Below, piece after piece: positions 38,935 through 51,827 of a stretch of 64,000 nt of DNA. The notes under the pieces were generated by a model that saw only the letters and a list, made by a program, of their open reading frames with translations, searched no databases and was not told the origin of the DNA. Numbering within the stretch: position 1 is the stretch's first letter; each line of letters begins with the position of its first letter. The position numbers and the translations under genes were made by a program. Source of the DNA: Lytechinus pictus (lineage: Eukaryota); contig NC_087251.1 of NCBI RefSeq assembly GCF_037042905.1, positions 42,472,001 through 42,536,000 of the forward strand. Direction: 5' to 3'.

Positions 38935-40316
38935 CCAGACCAATAAAATCCTCTTTCCCAGAGCAAGAACGGGAAGAACGGAGCAGAAACTCATACCCTG
39001 TCGTCACCCCAATAAATACAGCAATGGAAACACCTTCTAAACCATCAACAGCAGTAAGATATCCATTTCCTTTTCAAGCTCCTTTAGACGCAAGCATTTT
39101 CTTCTCATTCCTTTAGTCTGTAGTGGAAATTGAAGACTGCATATGCCCTTGAAATTCCCATTCAAATATTTTTATATAAATATTAATCCTTGTAGTAATC
39201 CATCTAGATTTCTAAACCAATAAACAATCATATGGGGAAAAAATGGGGCACACATAATAGAATCATAGAAACCACATCAGACTAAGGAATGCCTTTAAAC
39301 GTTTGGACAAAACTGACCCATCAATAGTCATTTTGTGGCTTTTATTTGTGGATGAGTAAAATAGTCACAATAAAATCAGAATAGTCAAATAACGATAACA
39401 GGTTCAAACAATATAGACGCCCAGGAATGGCGATTGATGATGCATAATTCAAGAATCATTATGAATCAATTCTGTTTGTGAATCCTTACCAGTTAATGAC
39501 ATCAGCCACATCCGGTGATTATATTGGTACTGTTTTTAGATGTCCTCCTGAGTGAAGTAGAAGGCTAAAATGAGGTTGCTCTAACTCGACGACGTTTTTG
39601 AAATCTGTTTTCATGTTTCAGTCATAATTGTCTCGAATTCAATGGATAAATGAATACGATTTACTTTTCTATTGTCGCAACGAAAAGTGTTAAAGAAATA
39701 AATGTGGAATCGAACGACCCCGCGCACAGTCAATCACACAATAATTATTATTATCAAACTCAGGTAAACACAGTAAAGATGCAAAGATAAAAAGAGGGTC
39801 AATAAATTAAGAACACAAATATCTGTCAATCTCTCTTAAAAAAAACAAACTTCTTTTCAACCAAAAGAATGAATGTTGAACAAGTCGACAATTATATAGT
39901 AAAAATAAAAAAAACACAGAATGGGAGAATTCATTTGCAAAAATATCCCATCGGAAATGACATTAAAAAATAGTAAGTGGTATAGTTTTATTTTCAGTAC
40001 TCAGTGAGTACCGAAACGATTTAACGAATCTATACTCCAAAAGACAAAAACAATAGAGGTTATGCAAGCCACAGTTATTATAAAAATAAGTAGAAAGGAA
40101 ACCCAAATAATGCTATTTCTATATCAGACTACCGGGGGGGGGGGGGGTTCTGGGTGTATATTCATAGCGCTGTGACGTAGAAACAGATTGTTTAGGCCAG
40201 CAAATAAAGGGGCGAAATAAAGTCACATTCGGTTGAAATATTGATGGAAATAGATGTACATGCATATTCTGTTTTTAAATTCATCACTATTTTGTATCGA
40301 TATCAAGCTTTTTTAA

Positions 40317-40920
40317 AGGTCAAGTCCACCACAGAAAAAAGTTGTTTTGAATCAACAGAGAAAATCAGACAAGCATAATGCTGAAAATTTCATCAAAATC
40401 AGATGTAAAATAAGAAAGTTATGATATTTTGAAATTTCGCTTATTTTTCACAAAATAGTTGTATGCACAATTTACCCACATACATATATGAGAGAATCGG
40501 TGATGTCCCTCACTCACTATTTCTTTTGTTTTTTATTGTTTGAATTGTACAATATTTCAATTTTTACAGATTTGACATTAAGGACCAACTTGACTGACCC
40601 ATATAATGTTAAGCAATGGTAACTCCACATGTTCAGTGAGAAATAAAACTTTGTTTCACAGGACAATGAGGTGAAAATAAGAATATTTCATATTTCAAAT
40701 AATAAAATACAAAAGAAAAAGTGAGTGAGTGACGTCACCAGTTCCCTCATTTGCATACCGACCAGGATGTGCATATAACTATTATGTGAAATTAAGCGAA
40801 ACTTAAAAATGTCATAACTTTCTTATTTTACATCCGATTTTGATGAAATTTTCAGTGTTATGCTCGTTGGATTTTTCTCTTTTTAATCAAATCAACTTTT
40901 TGTTGGGGTGGACTTGTCCT
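40317..40920 (+). mobile_element. Non-autonomous Kolobok-type DNA transposon, copy 3 (604 bp)
   Basis: TTAA|AGGTCAAGTCCACC ... GGTGGACTTGTCCT|TTAA; interior homologous to copies 1 and 2. Confidence 0.9.
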
Positions 40921-43265
40921 TTAATAATGATACATCACTTCTACTAATATTATTTAAGCTTGCTGCGTTCACTCATATAATATGAATTATATTTTGGGAA
41001 GGAAGCGAATTTCACAAGTGAGGTGAACAAAATGAAACACATGGGTGTTATTTTTATAGCAAATAGAGCAAAAGTATCGTTATGCTTTGCCTGTGGCTCT
41101 CGCTATATATAATCTTTATAAAATAGGCCTAAACATCACCGAAAACAAAATAGAACAAATCAATTCAACAATAACAAATGAGTGAAACAATGGACCAAGG
41201 AACATGGAACAATGTATCAACAGAAATCTGTTATATATGTGACTCGTGTAGACATCTATGTATCGGTATAAGCATGGAGGTAGTCTCCGTGGTAGAGAAC
41301 AGAGCTCCACTGTACAATACTGGACAGTTGAATAGAGTATTTTTAAAGTAATCTTTCGCCATTCACTTCTGATTTATTAGTGCACCATATGACAAATTTA
41401 TGGAATAATACCGTCAAGTACCAATGAATGGATGCTAATAAATCAAATTAATTCAATCGCAGTGATTCATCAGTACAACAATAATCTTTGCAATAAACCT
41501 AAATCGCTGAAAAAGAATTGAAAAATGTTCGTGGTTCGGCTTTTCATATCACCCACAACATAAAACGAACACATCCGTTCTGCAATTTAAATGCGAAGGA
41601 AAATTCCACAACGCAGATTACTGTTGAGTGAATAGATTACGTTATTTGGAGAGCGAAATACGATTGTTAATTATTACTGTTTTTATATCATAAATATATA
41701 CACCTTCAAGCACACCCTCACTACACGGAGACTATAGGTTCCTATGCATCTACACATACAGGTCCACTTGGAATAAACATATTACATGATAAAAGGGTAC
41801 CGGGTGGTTGTTTAAAAAATGACCAACGACATTGTACACTTTTCCACATGTCATGGATTAAACATTTATACTTACTCAACTAATTTGGCATAATCAGGGT
41901 GACAGTTTGTTCTTCACCAGTGATTCAAATAACTGTATCACTCGAGTAAATTATATCCAAACTTTCTACAAAATTATACCAAAAGTCTTATGAAGCAGTC
42001 CATCAATATAGGCCATATTATATTGCCTTAATTTCGGGTAAATATTCGCATATAAACAATCCAGTCGGTACAGTATACGTTATGAATATTTCAGAAAAAT
42101 TATGGTTGTTGTAAGAGAGATACAGAATTACTTTTTCATAGTTGCATACCTAAGTGCATTGAATAATTCGAATTGAAAACACTCAGAATTGATAACACGA
42201 TTAATATTTTTAAAAAATATACAAGTTAAACTGAAAAAAATTATTTAAGCAAGTCATTAGTCCACAAATAAAAAAAATGTGATTATTATATTTTGATTTT
42301 GGTATATTTTAGAAGTTGCTTCATTACTTTTTGGGACATATATCGTGATTACAAAATGTGGTTGTTAAAAGATAGCCGGTAGGCCCGGTTTACGTCAAAA
42401 TAGCTGTCGAAAAGGGAGATTTAATGCGACTTGCTAACATAGAATGATGCGTTCTTTTTTTCCAACGATTTTTTATGTAATCCAGAGTATATCTTACACA
42501 ATATATTGATTTTGTTAAGGGGGGGGGGGGTGTCTTGCCAAATATGACCTTACCCCTTCCCGATCAATATCGATAAAATACACATTAAAAAAAATTCTGT
42601 AAAATAATGTCCATGCATGGTAAAATTTAAGTTTGATTTTGATTAACGATTTTGTTATACCTATTTGCTATGTAAAAGGGACAAATTTTTACTTTTTAAA
42701 ATGATAATTATAAAGACAAAAAATAATGAGCAGGCTTCCGAATCACCACAGCCCGAAATGGCACCGCAGGAGGGCAGGCATAGTACAAGTAGAGAGAAAA
42801 AAAAAAGGGGGGGGGTAGAAGAAAAGTACTATAGGAAAGAAGGAAGAATAGTAAAGATACGAGGATCTGCCCGACTTCCAATTTCACCTCCTTTCAGTGG
42901 CGTACGCAGGGGGGGGGGGGGGGTTACAGGTGTTACCCCCCCCCCTTTAATTTTTTGATACCCAAACCCCCCTACAAATGTTGAAGAAGCCTCCTTTTCT
43001 ATTTATTTGATGGATTCCCAGATTCACGAGTTCTTGAACAATAGCCTATATAGTGATATATATATATTTTTTTCACGCTCACTTTTCAGCAAATACCTTT
43101 CTATTCTTTTTCCTCTTCTTCATTTCTTTTATCTCATTTCCATTCCCTTGTACTTTCCCTCTTTCCTTTGTGTTCTTCTTCATTCTTTTATGCCCTCTGT
43201 CTATCTCGTAGTTACTGGGAGGTACGAGGTGGCAGAATGGACACGGTCGTTTATAGTCTGCTATG

Positions 43266-43437
43266 CAAGCCCTTCACTCGAGCTAAGGGTCTGAATGTGC
43301 AGCCTACTAATGCCTTGTGTACTGAATTAAAGCCCTACTCGCTCCTGAATCGAAACAGATTTGCTTGTCTTTGCATGCATGGAGACACACTTGTTGATCA
43401 AAGTTTCATTCAGGGTCTGTACCTGCAGACTAACAGC
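43266..43437. repeat. Interspersed repeat, second copy at ~54416-54546
   Basis: CCCTTCACT..GAG.TAAG.G.CTGAATG and TGGAG.CACACTTGTTGATCAAAGTT.CA.TCAGGGTCTGT.CCT.CAGACTA occur in both. Class unknown. Confidence 0.75.
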
Positions 43438-43805
43438 AGTTTGGGCAATGGACTCCTTCATTAAAAAAAAATCATTCTCTCCCCGCCCCTCCCCAGTCGA
43501 GTCCCCCTGGACTCGACTTGGGGGGGGGGGCGGGGACTTTTCTCTTTCCCTCTACCTGCCTACCCCTTCTCTAACTTCGCCTTTCCGTTCCCCTTCTTGT
43601 GCTTCTCTCGTCTCTCTATCCTATTTTTTTGCTGGGGTGGAGGTGGGGGGGGGGGGGGAGACCATTCGGTTCCCTCTGGATCAACGCCTGGTGGGGTATG
43701 CGACTATGCAAATAAAATATGGTAGGCCTTTAGAAACACCTTATTTGTTGCTGCCTCAAAACGGTTGCTCCGGACGCCATCATGCGAAATCGACGGACTT
43801 GGAGT

Positions 43806-43978
43806 GGTGTGTGTGTGTATTTGAGTTTTGTCAGACATATCAATCAGATATGATTATTTACGTCTGGGACCGACCTTTAACGTCACCATCCGAAAGACGT
43901 GACCACGGCTCGAACCTCTGCATCAATTTATAACTTCCCCCACAGCTTAGATTACAGGCGCACGCCACAACGCCCAGT
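43806..43978 (-). mobile_element. SINE-like element with 7SL(Alu-domain)-like head, box-B-like motif, Deu/Nin-like core and (CA)n tail
   Basis: Minus strand reads ACTGGGCGTTGTGGCGTGCGCCTGTAATCTAAGCT...GGTTCGAGCC...GTCTTTCGGATGGTGACGTTAAAGGTCGGTCCC...(CA)n. Confidence 0.65.
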
Positions 43979-44089
43979 TGGACAAAATATGCAAAATTAC
44001 GACGTAGATGGCAGTCTTACTAAATGCGACAACTGAAATGAGAAAAAAAAAATGAGAGAATCGTGGTTGTCACGTTTTTTTCTCTCGAC

Positions 44090-44149
44090 CAGTGGCGTAC
44101 CTAGGATTTTCCACAGGGGGGGCAAAACCGTCCGCCAAAAAATTTGACA

Positions 44150-44187
<38 letters not shown>

Positions 44188-44365
44188 TAAAGCTCGTCAG
44201 GGGGGCATTAGAGGTCTTAAAGCTCGTCAGGGGGGGGGGGGGGGGCAAAAAAGGTTTTTCAAGCCCGTCAGGGGGGGGGCAAAGATACGTTTTTGCATGG
44301 GTTGTGACTCGTCAGGGGGGACAGAGTGCCCCCCTGCCCCCCCCCCCCCCGTAGGTACGCTAGTG
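44090..44365. mobile_element. hAT-type MITE (276 bp)
   Basis: Perfect 8-bp TSD CTCTCGAC (44082-44089, 44366-44373); TIR CAGTGGCGTACCTA / TAGGTACGCTAGTG; internal CTCGTCAGGGGGG repeats. Confidence 0.9.
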
Positions 44366-45739
44366 CTCTCGACCAATGAAGTCTGTCACTACTTGTATTG
44401 CTCCTTTAGCTTCTAAACATGATTGTTTACCCATGATTCCTATTTGAGAGCCCTTATTGGAAATTATGACAATTAGGATGATGAACAACAAACATAAAAA
44501 ACAAACATCCAAATTCTCATATTAATCTCATAATATTGTGATGAAGTTTACTGCAAATCGTGTGCACGACTATGACTTCACAGGGTTCTCAGTTCTCACA
44601 GTGCCTTTTGTAATCCCGTGAATTGTTTCAACATTATCGAATTATCGTCAATATGTTTAAATGATATAAAATAAAAGAAATAAAGTGTAAGTAACGGTTT
44701 AAGCATATATATGACTTGTAATATGCAAAAAATTTCATTGATAGATCTACATGTATTGATAATATACAATATCTAAAAGCATTCGTCAAAAATTAAATTT
44801 GATCAGAGAAATACAGATTAGTAAAAGCCTCATTCATTTTTTATAATTGCAGGAATGTTTTTACAGAAATTAAATCCTGAACACTGTCTTTCAAATTTAC
44901 AAGATTGTCACATAACATTTCTGGTAGTCTTCCAGGGACAGGAAGACCAAGGACTTGGGAAGCTTCTAAATTTAAAGGTCAAGTTCAGACAAGAATATTT
45001 TATTTGAATTAAAAGAGAACAAGGGGAGTGCTTCTGGCAGTCTCGCCTGCATTACGCGATTCAATATAGCAGCAGTGCTGACTTTGAAAATGGATTGAGA
45101 ATAATTTTTCACAAAAACACCATTCATATAATATACTACTACGTTCATTGACCCTAAATTACATTTTACCTTGATCACGTGACCTACGACTGAAAAAAAA
45201 GAAAGACATTTCCTGTGAAATAATTCATTTTCCTTGCCGGCGTTTTAAAACAGTTGTCCAATCCGCCCCATTCGCATCACACTCAAGGGTGAAGACATGT
45301 TGCTGAGCCTACCACTGTGCGCATCTGTACTCGCCTAGAAAGCCTCGCTGCCCACCAAGCTGCAAAGCTCCCTACTATGTAGCAGCATGTCTGCAGAGTT
45401 TCCTTTCCTCTTTATAAGCCTTTGAGCGATGCGATGAATGAAGCTACTAACAGGTGGAACGAACAAAAATATAAAATGACTTATTCTCGGAACATGTTCA
45501 AAACTATTCATACTCAGGAACATCAATACACTATTCTTGGGAGAAGAGTACTGATTTATTTGATGTTCCTCTGATGCGAATTATTACAGTTAGTTTCTCA
45601 AGCGTCATGTACTTCATGTATTTTGGTTACCGTAGTCACCAAATAATCTCCCAATAATAACTTTTGATTGGCTGAACACTGAAAATTGTTGCCATTGTAA
45701 TTATCATTTAATGGCAAGGCTACCATAAGAGTAACTTAA

Positions 45740-45824
45740 CCCATTGCATACTGAATGACTTTGCTATAACACACGTTTTCTATAGACCCCAGCCCGCATT
45801 TATGTAGATTCAGTCTCTAACAGG
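45740..45824. mobile_element. 85-bp piggyBac-like mini element
   Basis: TTAA|CCCATTGCATACTGAAT ... ATTCAGTCTCTAACAGG|TTAA (12/17 inverted match). Confidence 0.55.
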
Positions 45825-46319
45825 TTAACATTTCATGCGACAAGGTCCAAAATTGTAATCACTTGACTCACTCTTCAAAGGAAAATAATACCTCAACAAC
45901 TTCATACTTTTCCTTTCAATGACTTGTTTAATATCAACTGCATCATAATGTTACAAGCAGGGTCAGTCTCTTTTACAACTTCACACTTTTCTCAACTGAA
46001 AAAAAGTACATAAATGTGAAAATAAATATGCACAGGCTAAGTATTTATTCTCATAGATAGCAAAGCGTGGATTAAATGTAATTACCTGTTAAAATGATGT
46101 GTGTGGAGTTCTCCATTGTGCCTATTCAAACAGAATCCCCACACAAATTTACAGGATACATTGCAATTTGAATGAATTGGATATTCAATATATATTACCT
46201 ATAGATACGTATCTATGCATGTATGTCCGTATGTATGGAGCTGGTATTTTGCACCAAAGCAGTGAATGAGAAGCTGGGTGCATAGATCCAACTGCAGCAC
46301 TAGTGCCCTTTGGTAACAT

Positions 46320-46505
46320 GAATACTCCCCAGGGAGTGGAGGATGCCAACGTCACTCTAGATTGCCCAGCATTGGGAGTACTTCACACTGCAACTAACTG
46401 GAATATTCCCCACGGAATGGATGTCAAAGTCACCGTAGATTGGCCAGCACTGTGAGTACCTCACACAATAACCAACTGGAATATTCCCAAGAGAGTGGAT
46501 GATGT
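46320..46505. repeat. ~80-bp tandem repeat, about 2.3 units, following a decayed SINE-like head
   Basis: GAATA(C/T)TCCC..G(G/A)AGTGGA recurs at ~46320, 46400 and 46479. Upstream GCACTAGTGCCCTTTGGTA matches the 8214 SINE. Confidence 0.7.
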
Positions 46506-46874
46506 GCATACATTGTATGAAGGAAAAGCTTACTTTATCTGATGATGATTGGATGATACTTATCAGTGACTTAAAGACACATGATGTTTCAAGATGAAAA
46601 AGGGGCTCTTATTACTCATCTGATAAGTTTTACCCTTTAGAATGCTTACCAGCTCCTTCGATAACACCTTCCTAGTCCGACAAGCATGATAATTTGGACT
46701 ACCGATAATTCAAAATGATGTGCAAAACACTAGCCAAACTGCTTTTGTAGACTCCTTTCATGATGCAAGAGCTTTCGGACCAATTCGAAAGTTCTTTTCT
46801 TGTTTAATAATGAGCACAATATTGATGTCAGGCATGTGTATTGAAATTGAAATCACGATGTCTTACAAGATTTG

Positions 46875-47241
46875 TCATACAAATTTACTCGCGATAGCAA
46901 ATACTTTTGAAAACTCCGGTCTGCTCCTGAGATGGGATGGGATTGGTACCTTAATCCTTGTTCCTGTAGGGTTACCGTTCTCTTCTAGAAGTATTAAATT
47001 GTTCGTATCAAATCGAGGCAACATGCTGGAACCGGGTCTCCTCACTCCTACGACCAATGCCTTCTTTTTCTGCCCTCTGATGGCCACCAGGATCTTGTCC
47101 CCGACATTGCCGACTCGCTGTTTGTTGTAGACGTGGATGCAGCGTGGGGGTTTGTGCCTGATGCTCTCCGCTCCCAAGGACGAATTGTCAACACACCGAA
47201 GTCTGGTCAACAGGATGATCGCATTGTAGGGGCTGGAGGCA
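46875..47241 (-). CDS. MRPL14: Mitochondrial ribosomal protein uL14m, last coding exon
   Basis: Acceptor ccaaacAG|T. Encodes [12 protein letters not shown]...PRCIHVYNK...[19 protein letters not shown]...PRFDTNN...[13 protein letters not shown]...[11 protein letters not shown], the recognisable metazoan MRPL14 sequence. Total CDS 450 nt = 149 aa + stop. Confidence 0.97.
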
Positions 47242-48134
47242 CTGTTTGGATGTCAAGATAAAAAGATAATAGTGAGAGAACTGGAGCATGGAAGGAGTAC
47301 CGAATCTTCATAAAAACAACTAGATTGATATTTTACTGTCAAAATTTATGACTCTAACAGTGTGAGGTCTTATAAGATCCGACATACTACCAAGATCTCT
47401 CAAACTAAACAGATATTGTCACTCCACTACACATACTTCAACTAAGTTTGATGATGATCCCTCATCAGATGGTTCTTTAGTTATCGCAAGAATGAAATAA
47501 TGAAGGATGGACAAAGGAGTGAGAGGACTTGAAATTGTGATGAACCTATTGGGCAGTGGCAAAAAATATACTGCTTTGAAAAACAATTTTTTTTTAAAGA
47601 ATATAAATGTGCATAATGAAACTATGAAATATGGACATCGTGAAGTATAGGTCTTGGAATATGAATACAGTATAACTATTAGGATATTTATTCATTATAA
47701 TGGAGAATACAACTTTAACACTCAACAAGGAAGGAATATTTCCTTTGAACATACAAGATATTTCATGATTATTTGATCTTTTCAAAACATGGTTATGCTG
47801 GTATTTCCATTTCACTGGCCATGACAACAATACATGTATTCAGGAAAACATGAACAAGAAGTAAATTCATCACAAAAAAAGAAAGAAATACATGATATTA
47901 TAAAGATGGTTATCCGCAATTCAAATGATGCGTTGAGGGGTCGTTCTAACATGATCTGGAAGTCCAATCCACCCGGACTCTGGACGATCTGTAAGTTTGC
48001 CAAATTGTGGCAAGATCGTCATTGTGGAACAGATGATTTGCAAATTCATCAGAGTTTAACATTTTTGCTTCAATATACTGTACCAACACAGTGTCTATTA
48101 CTGCACTGCTGCATTCCTTATCCCGGGAACTTAC

Positions 48135-48217
48135 TTAAAAGCCCTACATGAGACATCACTAAGGTGTTGTCCAATCAGATTTGAGTTCTTCAACAAGATG
48201 TGTCCTAGTCCTGCCAT
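48135..48217 (-). CDS. MRPL14: Mitochondrial ribosomal protein uL14m, first coding exon (probable targeting peptide)
   Basis: Acceptor ttttacattgtAG (exon begins 48226), ATG at 48217, MAGLGHILLKNSNLIGQHLSDVSCRAF, donor AA|GTAAGT in phase 2 matching the next exon. Confidence 0.88.
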
Positions 48218-48981
48218 AACTTGGACCTACAATGTAAAACAAAGACCAATAAAAAAATTATTTATAATACACTATGAATATGTACATTTAGATACATGAA
48301 CAGAGTAAGAAAAAAAACAGAACAGGTACATGAAACAGGATATCAATAGGGGAAGATTGAGGGATAAGAGATCCTTCATATGGTTATCTTATTTTTATTT
48401 ATTTACTTATAAAAAACATCCATCCATTAAAGTGGCATGTCAGAATCTAATATTGCCCATCAAAATGTGTTCTCCTCTTTTTTGGCAACAGCAAATGATG
48501 TCACTGGGCTGTATGCCAGTAGCATCACTAAGCTGAGAGAGGAACGTCAAGCGCTGGCATCCTCATGCTCTCTTTCCTTCTATAGCAACAGTAAGGGCCA
48601 CTGTCTCTAAAGCTTAAAAAAAACAAGCACCCCCTTAAAAAATGGCTATCAAAATTAAGTTCTTATGTACATGTATTTGGCTGCTTTTATATTCTTGTGC
48701 ATGTTTTTTTAATTTTTTTTTTGTAAGGAGCTACATGCTGAGATGAGAGTGAGATGCTTATCTGTAATGTCACAAAATCACAACTTTACTAAAATTCAAG
48801 ACCATTGTTTGATGGATTTTTATCAAACTTTCACCAACGTTTTTCACTAATTTTTTTCTGCTAAAACCAACTTTTTTAAAATCCTCTCATTGTCAATAAT
48901 ACCGTACTCTCACTAAAGGAATGTCCAGTTTCAAGAAGGCTGCTCTCCCTGCTGTCAGAACAATGGCTCCCAGTCCCATAT

Positions 48982-51804
48982 GGGTCATTCCATAAAGGTC
49001 GGACGTACATTCGGACACATTTAAGAGCTGAATCTCCTTTGATTTAATAGCAGCGTTTTAATTTTTCCAGTATATTATAACATGTGACCTAGGCTATCAT
49101 TACACCATGACAGGACCAGGCTGCTATATAAAGAATAGAAAATATGGGCAAAAATGTGAGGGGTCGGACGTACATCAGACAAAAGCAGGTTTTATGCTTT
49201 TAAAGTTCATGTCAAAATCTCTGTGATTTGTGTGATGCAGTTACTGAAATTCTAGTATTGGCTGTTAGCTAAAGGATGAATCTTTAAAGAACTGAAGTGA
49301 AGAAATTGATAGACATTGCCTTGTTTTAGTTACAGGCTGATCTATTTGGGGTCGGACGTACACTTTGAGGGGTCGGATGTACATTGTGCAAAATATTTGC
49401 ACACTGTACATCCGACCCCCTTTGAAGATCAGTTACACAAAACGTAGAAATTCTAAACTGGAATTTTTTTGTTATACATACTGCTTGGATAGTTGTCTTT
49501 CACATAAGACAGAATTAACAAATTAATCTGATGCTGGTGAAGAGTTTTGCTTGATTATAGTTGACATGCATCCAGACAATGTACGTCCGACCCCAATACT
49601 GATTTTCTTACAATCAAGCAAAATACTCCTCATATCTGTTATAAATGAGTCAGAGGGGTTAAACTGTTTCCATTTTGATATCTACATTTTTAGACCACAT
49701 CAATAACAAAACAACACAACTATTCACACAATGCAGGATATTTTTAATATTAAACTTCAAGTAAAATGTATCTTTTTTAATGGTTTGCAAAAGACCTGAC
49801 AAAGAATTTCTTCAACATTAAAAAACTTATCCTGTTACAAACTTTGTTTAAACAAGGTGGGTTTCGAATAATGAGTCTTCCCTGATGTTGCAATCAATTG
49901 TATGCATTATGACCTTTTGACCCCTAGATGACCTTTGATCTTTCCATCCTCAACTTCCTCAAGAACATATGTGGTTTTTCCCACTGATCGTTTTGTTCCA
50001 AGTTTGAGCAAAATTAATGCAGAAATACTACATATGACATTTTTAGCCCCAGATTACCTTTGACCTCTCCATTCTCTTTACCCATGGATAATTTGATCCA
50101 AGTTTGAAAACAATTGATGCACAAAAACCTTTACCTTTAGCAACAGTGTAACCCCCTGAGTCATTTGTAATATGTGGAGCAATTTGATTGACTGTAAGAA
50201 AATCAGTATGGGGGTCGGACGTACACTGTCTGAATGCATGTCAACTATAATCAAGCACAAATCTTCACCAGCATCAGATTCATTTGTTAATTCTATCTTA
50301 TCTGAAAGACAACTAACCAAACAATCATAACCACTTATCATATCATTTGTTACAAGTTTGAACAATATTGATGCACAAAAAAAGAAATTTGATTTATACA
50401 AAAACTGTCAAAAAATGACTGAATAGCCTCTTGTCTTTTGACTCCTAGATGACCTTTGACCTCATCAACACAAACATGGTATAAGGATCATTTGTACCAA
50501 GTGTGAACATGGTTGATGCAGAAATAAAGAAATGAGAATAAGTCAGAATTAAATGAATAACCCTTCACATTTTCATAACTTACACCCCTGTTGGCAAAAG
50601 TGGAATAGTCTTGACACCCATGTATCATTATAGCAATGGGCAGATCTATTTCCCATAGAGGGGCGAGTGCTGTATCTGAGATTGAGGGGAATAGGCAATT
50701 TCTTATTTTATATGTATGGAACTTCTTTGTTTAATAAATTTCTCATGTATTTGTATGTTTTTATTTCGATTTTTTTAATTTCCTGCAGGCTATTGTTCAA
50801 TCATAATTACCACTAAATTGAATGATAATTTGAGATGAAAAAAGACAGTTTCCATTGAATGTGTACACAAAACACAAATAAATCATCATTTCTTGAAGAT
50901 GATATCATATGAAAATCTACATATTGTCAAAAATGAGTGGTATTTTTTGTGAAATTGGTCTCAAAACTTGTGCAAGACTTCAAAGAAAAAAAAATGATAA
51001 AACTACACAGCAATATCACCTATGTTAAGGTATATCATGCAAAATGTTAAAGATGGAAGGTAATTTTTGCCCCCAGTATTCGTTGGGTAAAAAAAATACA
51101 AAAGGTCATTGTTAAGCTATGTATAAAATTGAAATTTGTATATGATATTGAAAGACTTATATGAGTAAAAGATGTTATGATATTTAAACTTTGCTTCTAA
51201 GCAGTGCAAGATAACTTCATAAAAGAAGTTGCAATGGGGTCGGACGTACAGGGGGTCGGACGTACAAAAAAGTTGTACGTCCGACCCCCATTTAACTTGA
51301 AATCCCGGACTAGTGGTGAGCTGCCTTCTGGTGTATATATTAAATAAACCAAACTTGCTTTGCATCTGACTTTGGAAAAATTTCTTTGCTTTTGTTTTGC
51401 TTGTAAGAAAAAAAGTGTATGTGAAAAGGGGTCGGACGTACATTTGAAAGTGCCTGCTTCTAATATTTTTTATTTAAAAAATATAAGAAAAGTATAAAAA
51501 AACCTAACTTTTTTTTTAGAAACCTAACATAATAACAACTTGGACAACATCCAACTTTAATTATTTCAAAGCTTATATAAAGTTTAAAATATGTTGCAAA
51601 CTTGACCTTTTAAAATAAGTAAAATTGCAATTTGTTGCTATGGTAACTTCAATGCCTTGCCAAAATGAAACGATACATTATTTGAAATGATTTCTTTCAG
51701 ATTCATACATTTCAGTGTCTTAGCTTTCAAGTGATACCTAATTTGTTCTGTTTGTAGGATTTTGAAATTTTGACCAAAAGGTTTACTATTTTATGGAACA
51801 GCCC
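48982..51804. mobile_element. 2.8-kb non-autonomous TIR element with ATAT TSD (Sola1-like)
   Basis: ATAT|GGGTCATTCCATAAA ... TTTATGGAACAGCCC|ATAT; 11 copies of GGTCGGA(C/T)GTACA in both orientations; no long ORF. Confidence 0.8.
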
Positions 51805-51827
51805 ATATTCCCACGACAAATTCAATA

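Noticed and set aside
43806..43978. Functional 7SL (SRP) RNA gene
   Set aside because: Similarity covers only ~45 nt; no S domain or 3' Alu strand is visible.
44972..45275. Fourth Kolobok-type copy (TTAAAGGTCAAGTTC start)
   Set aside because: No matching right TIR, and the interior is unlike copies 1-3. Probably another repeat that cannot be delimited here.
46720..47130. 136-aa plus-strand ORF
   Set aside because: Antisense to MRPL14.
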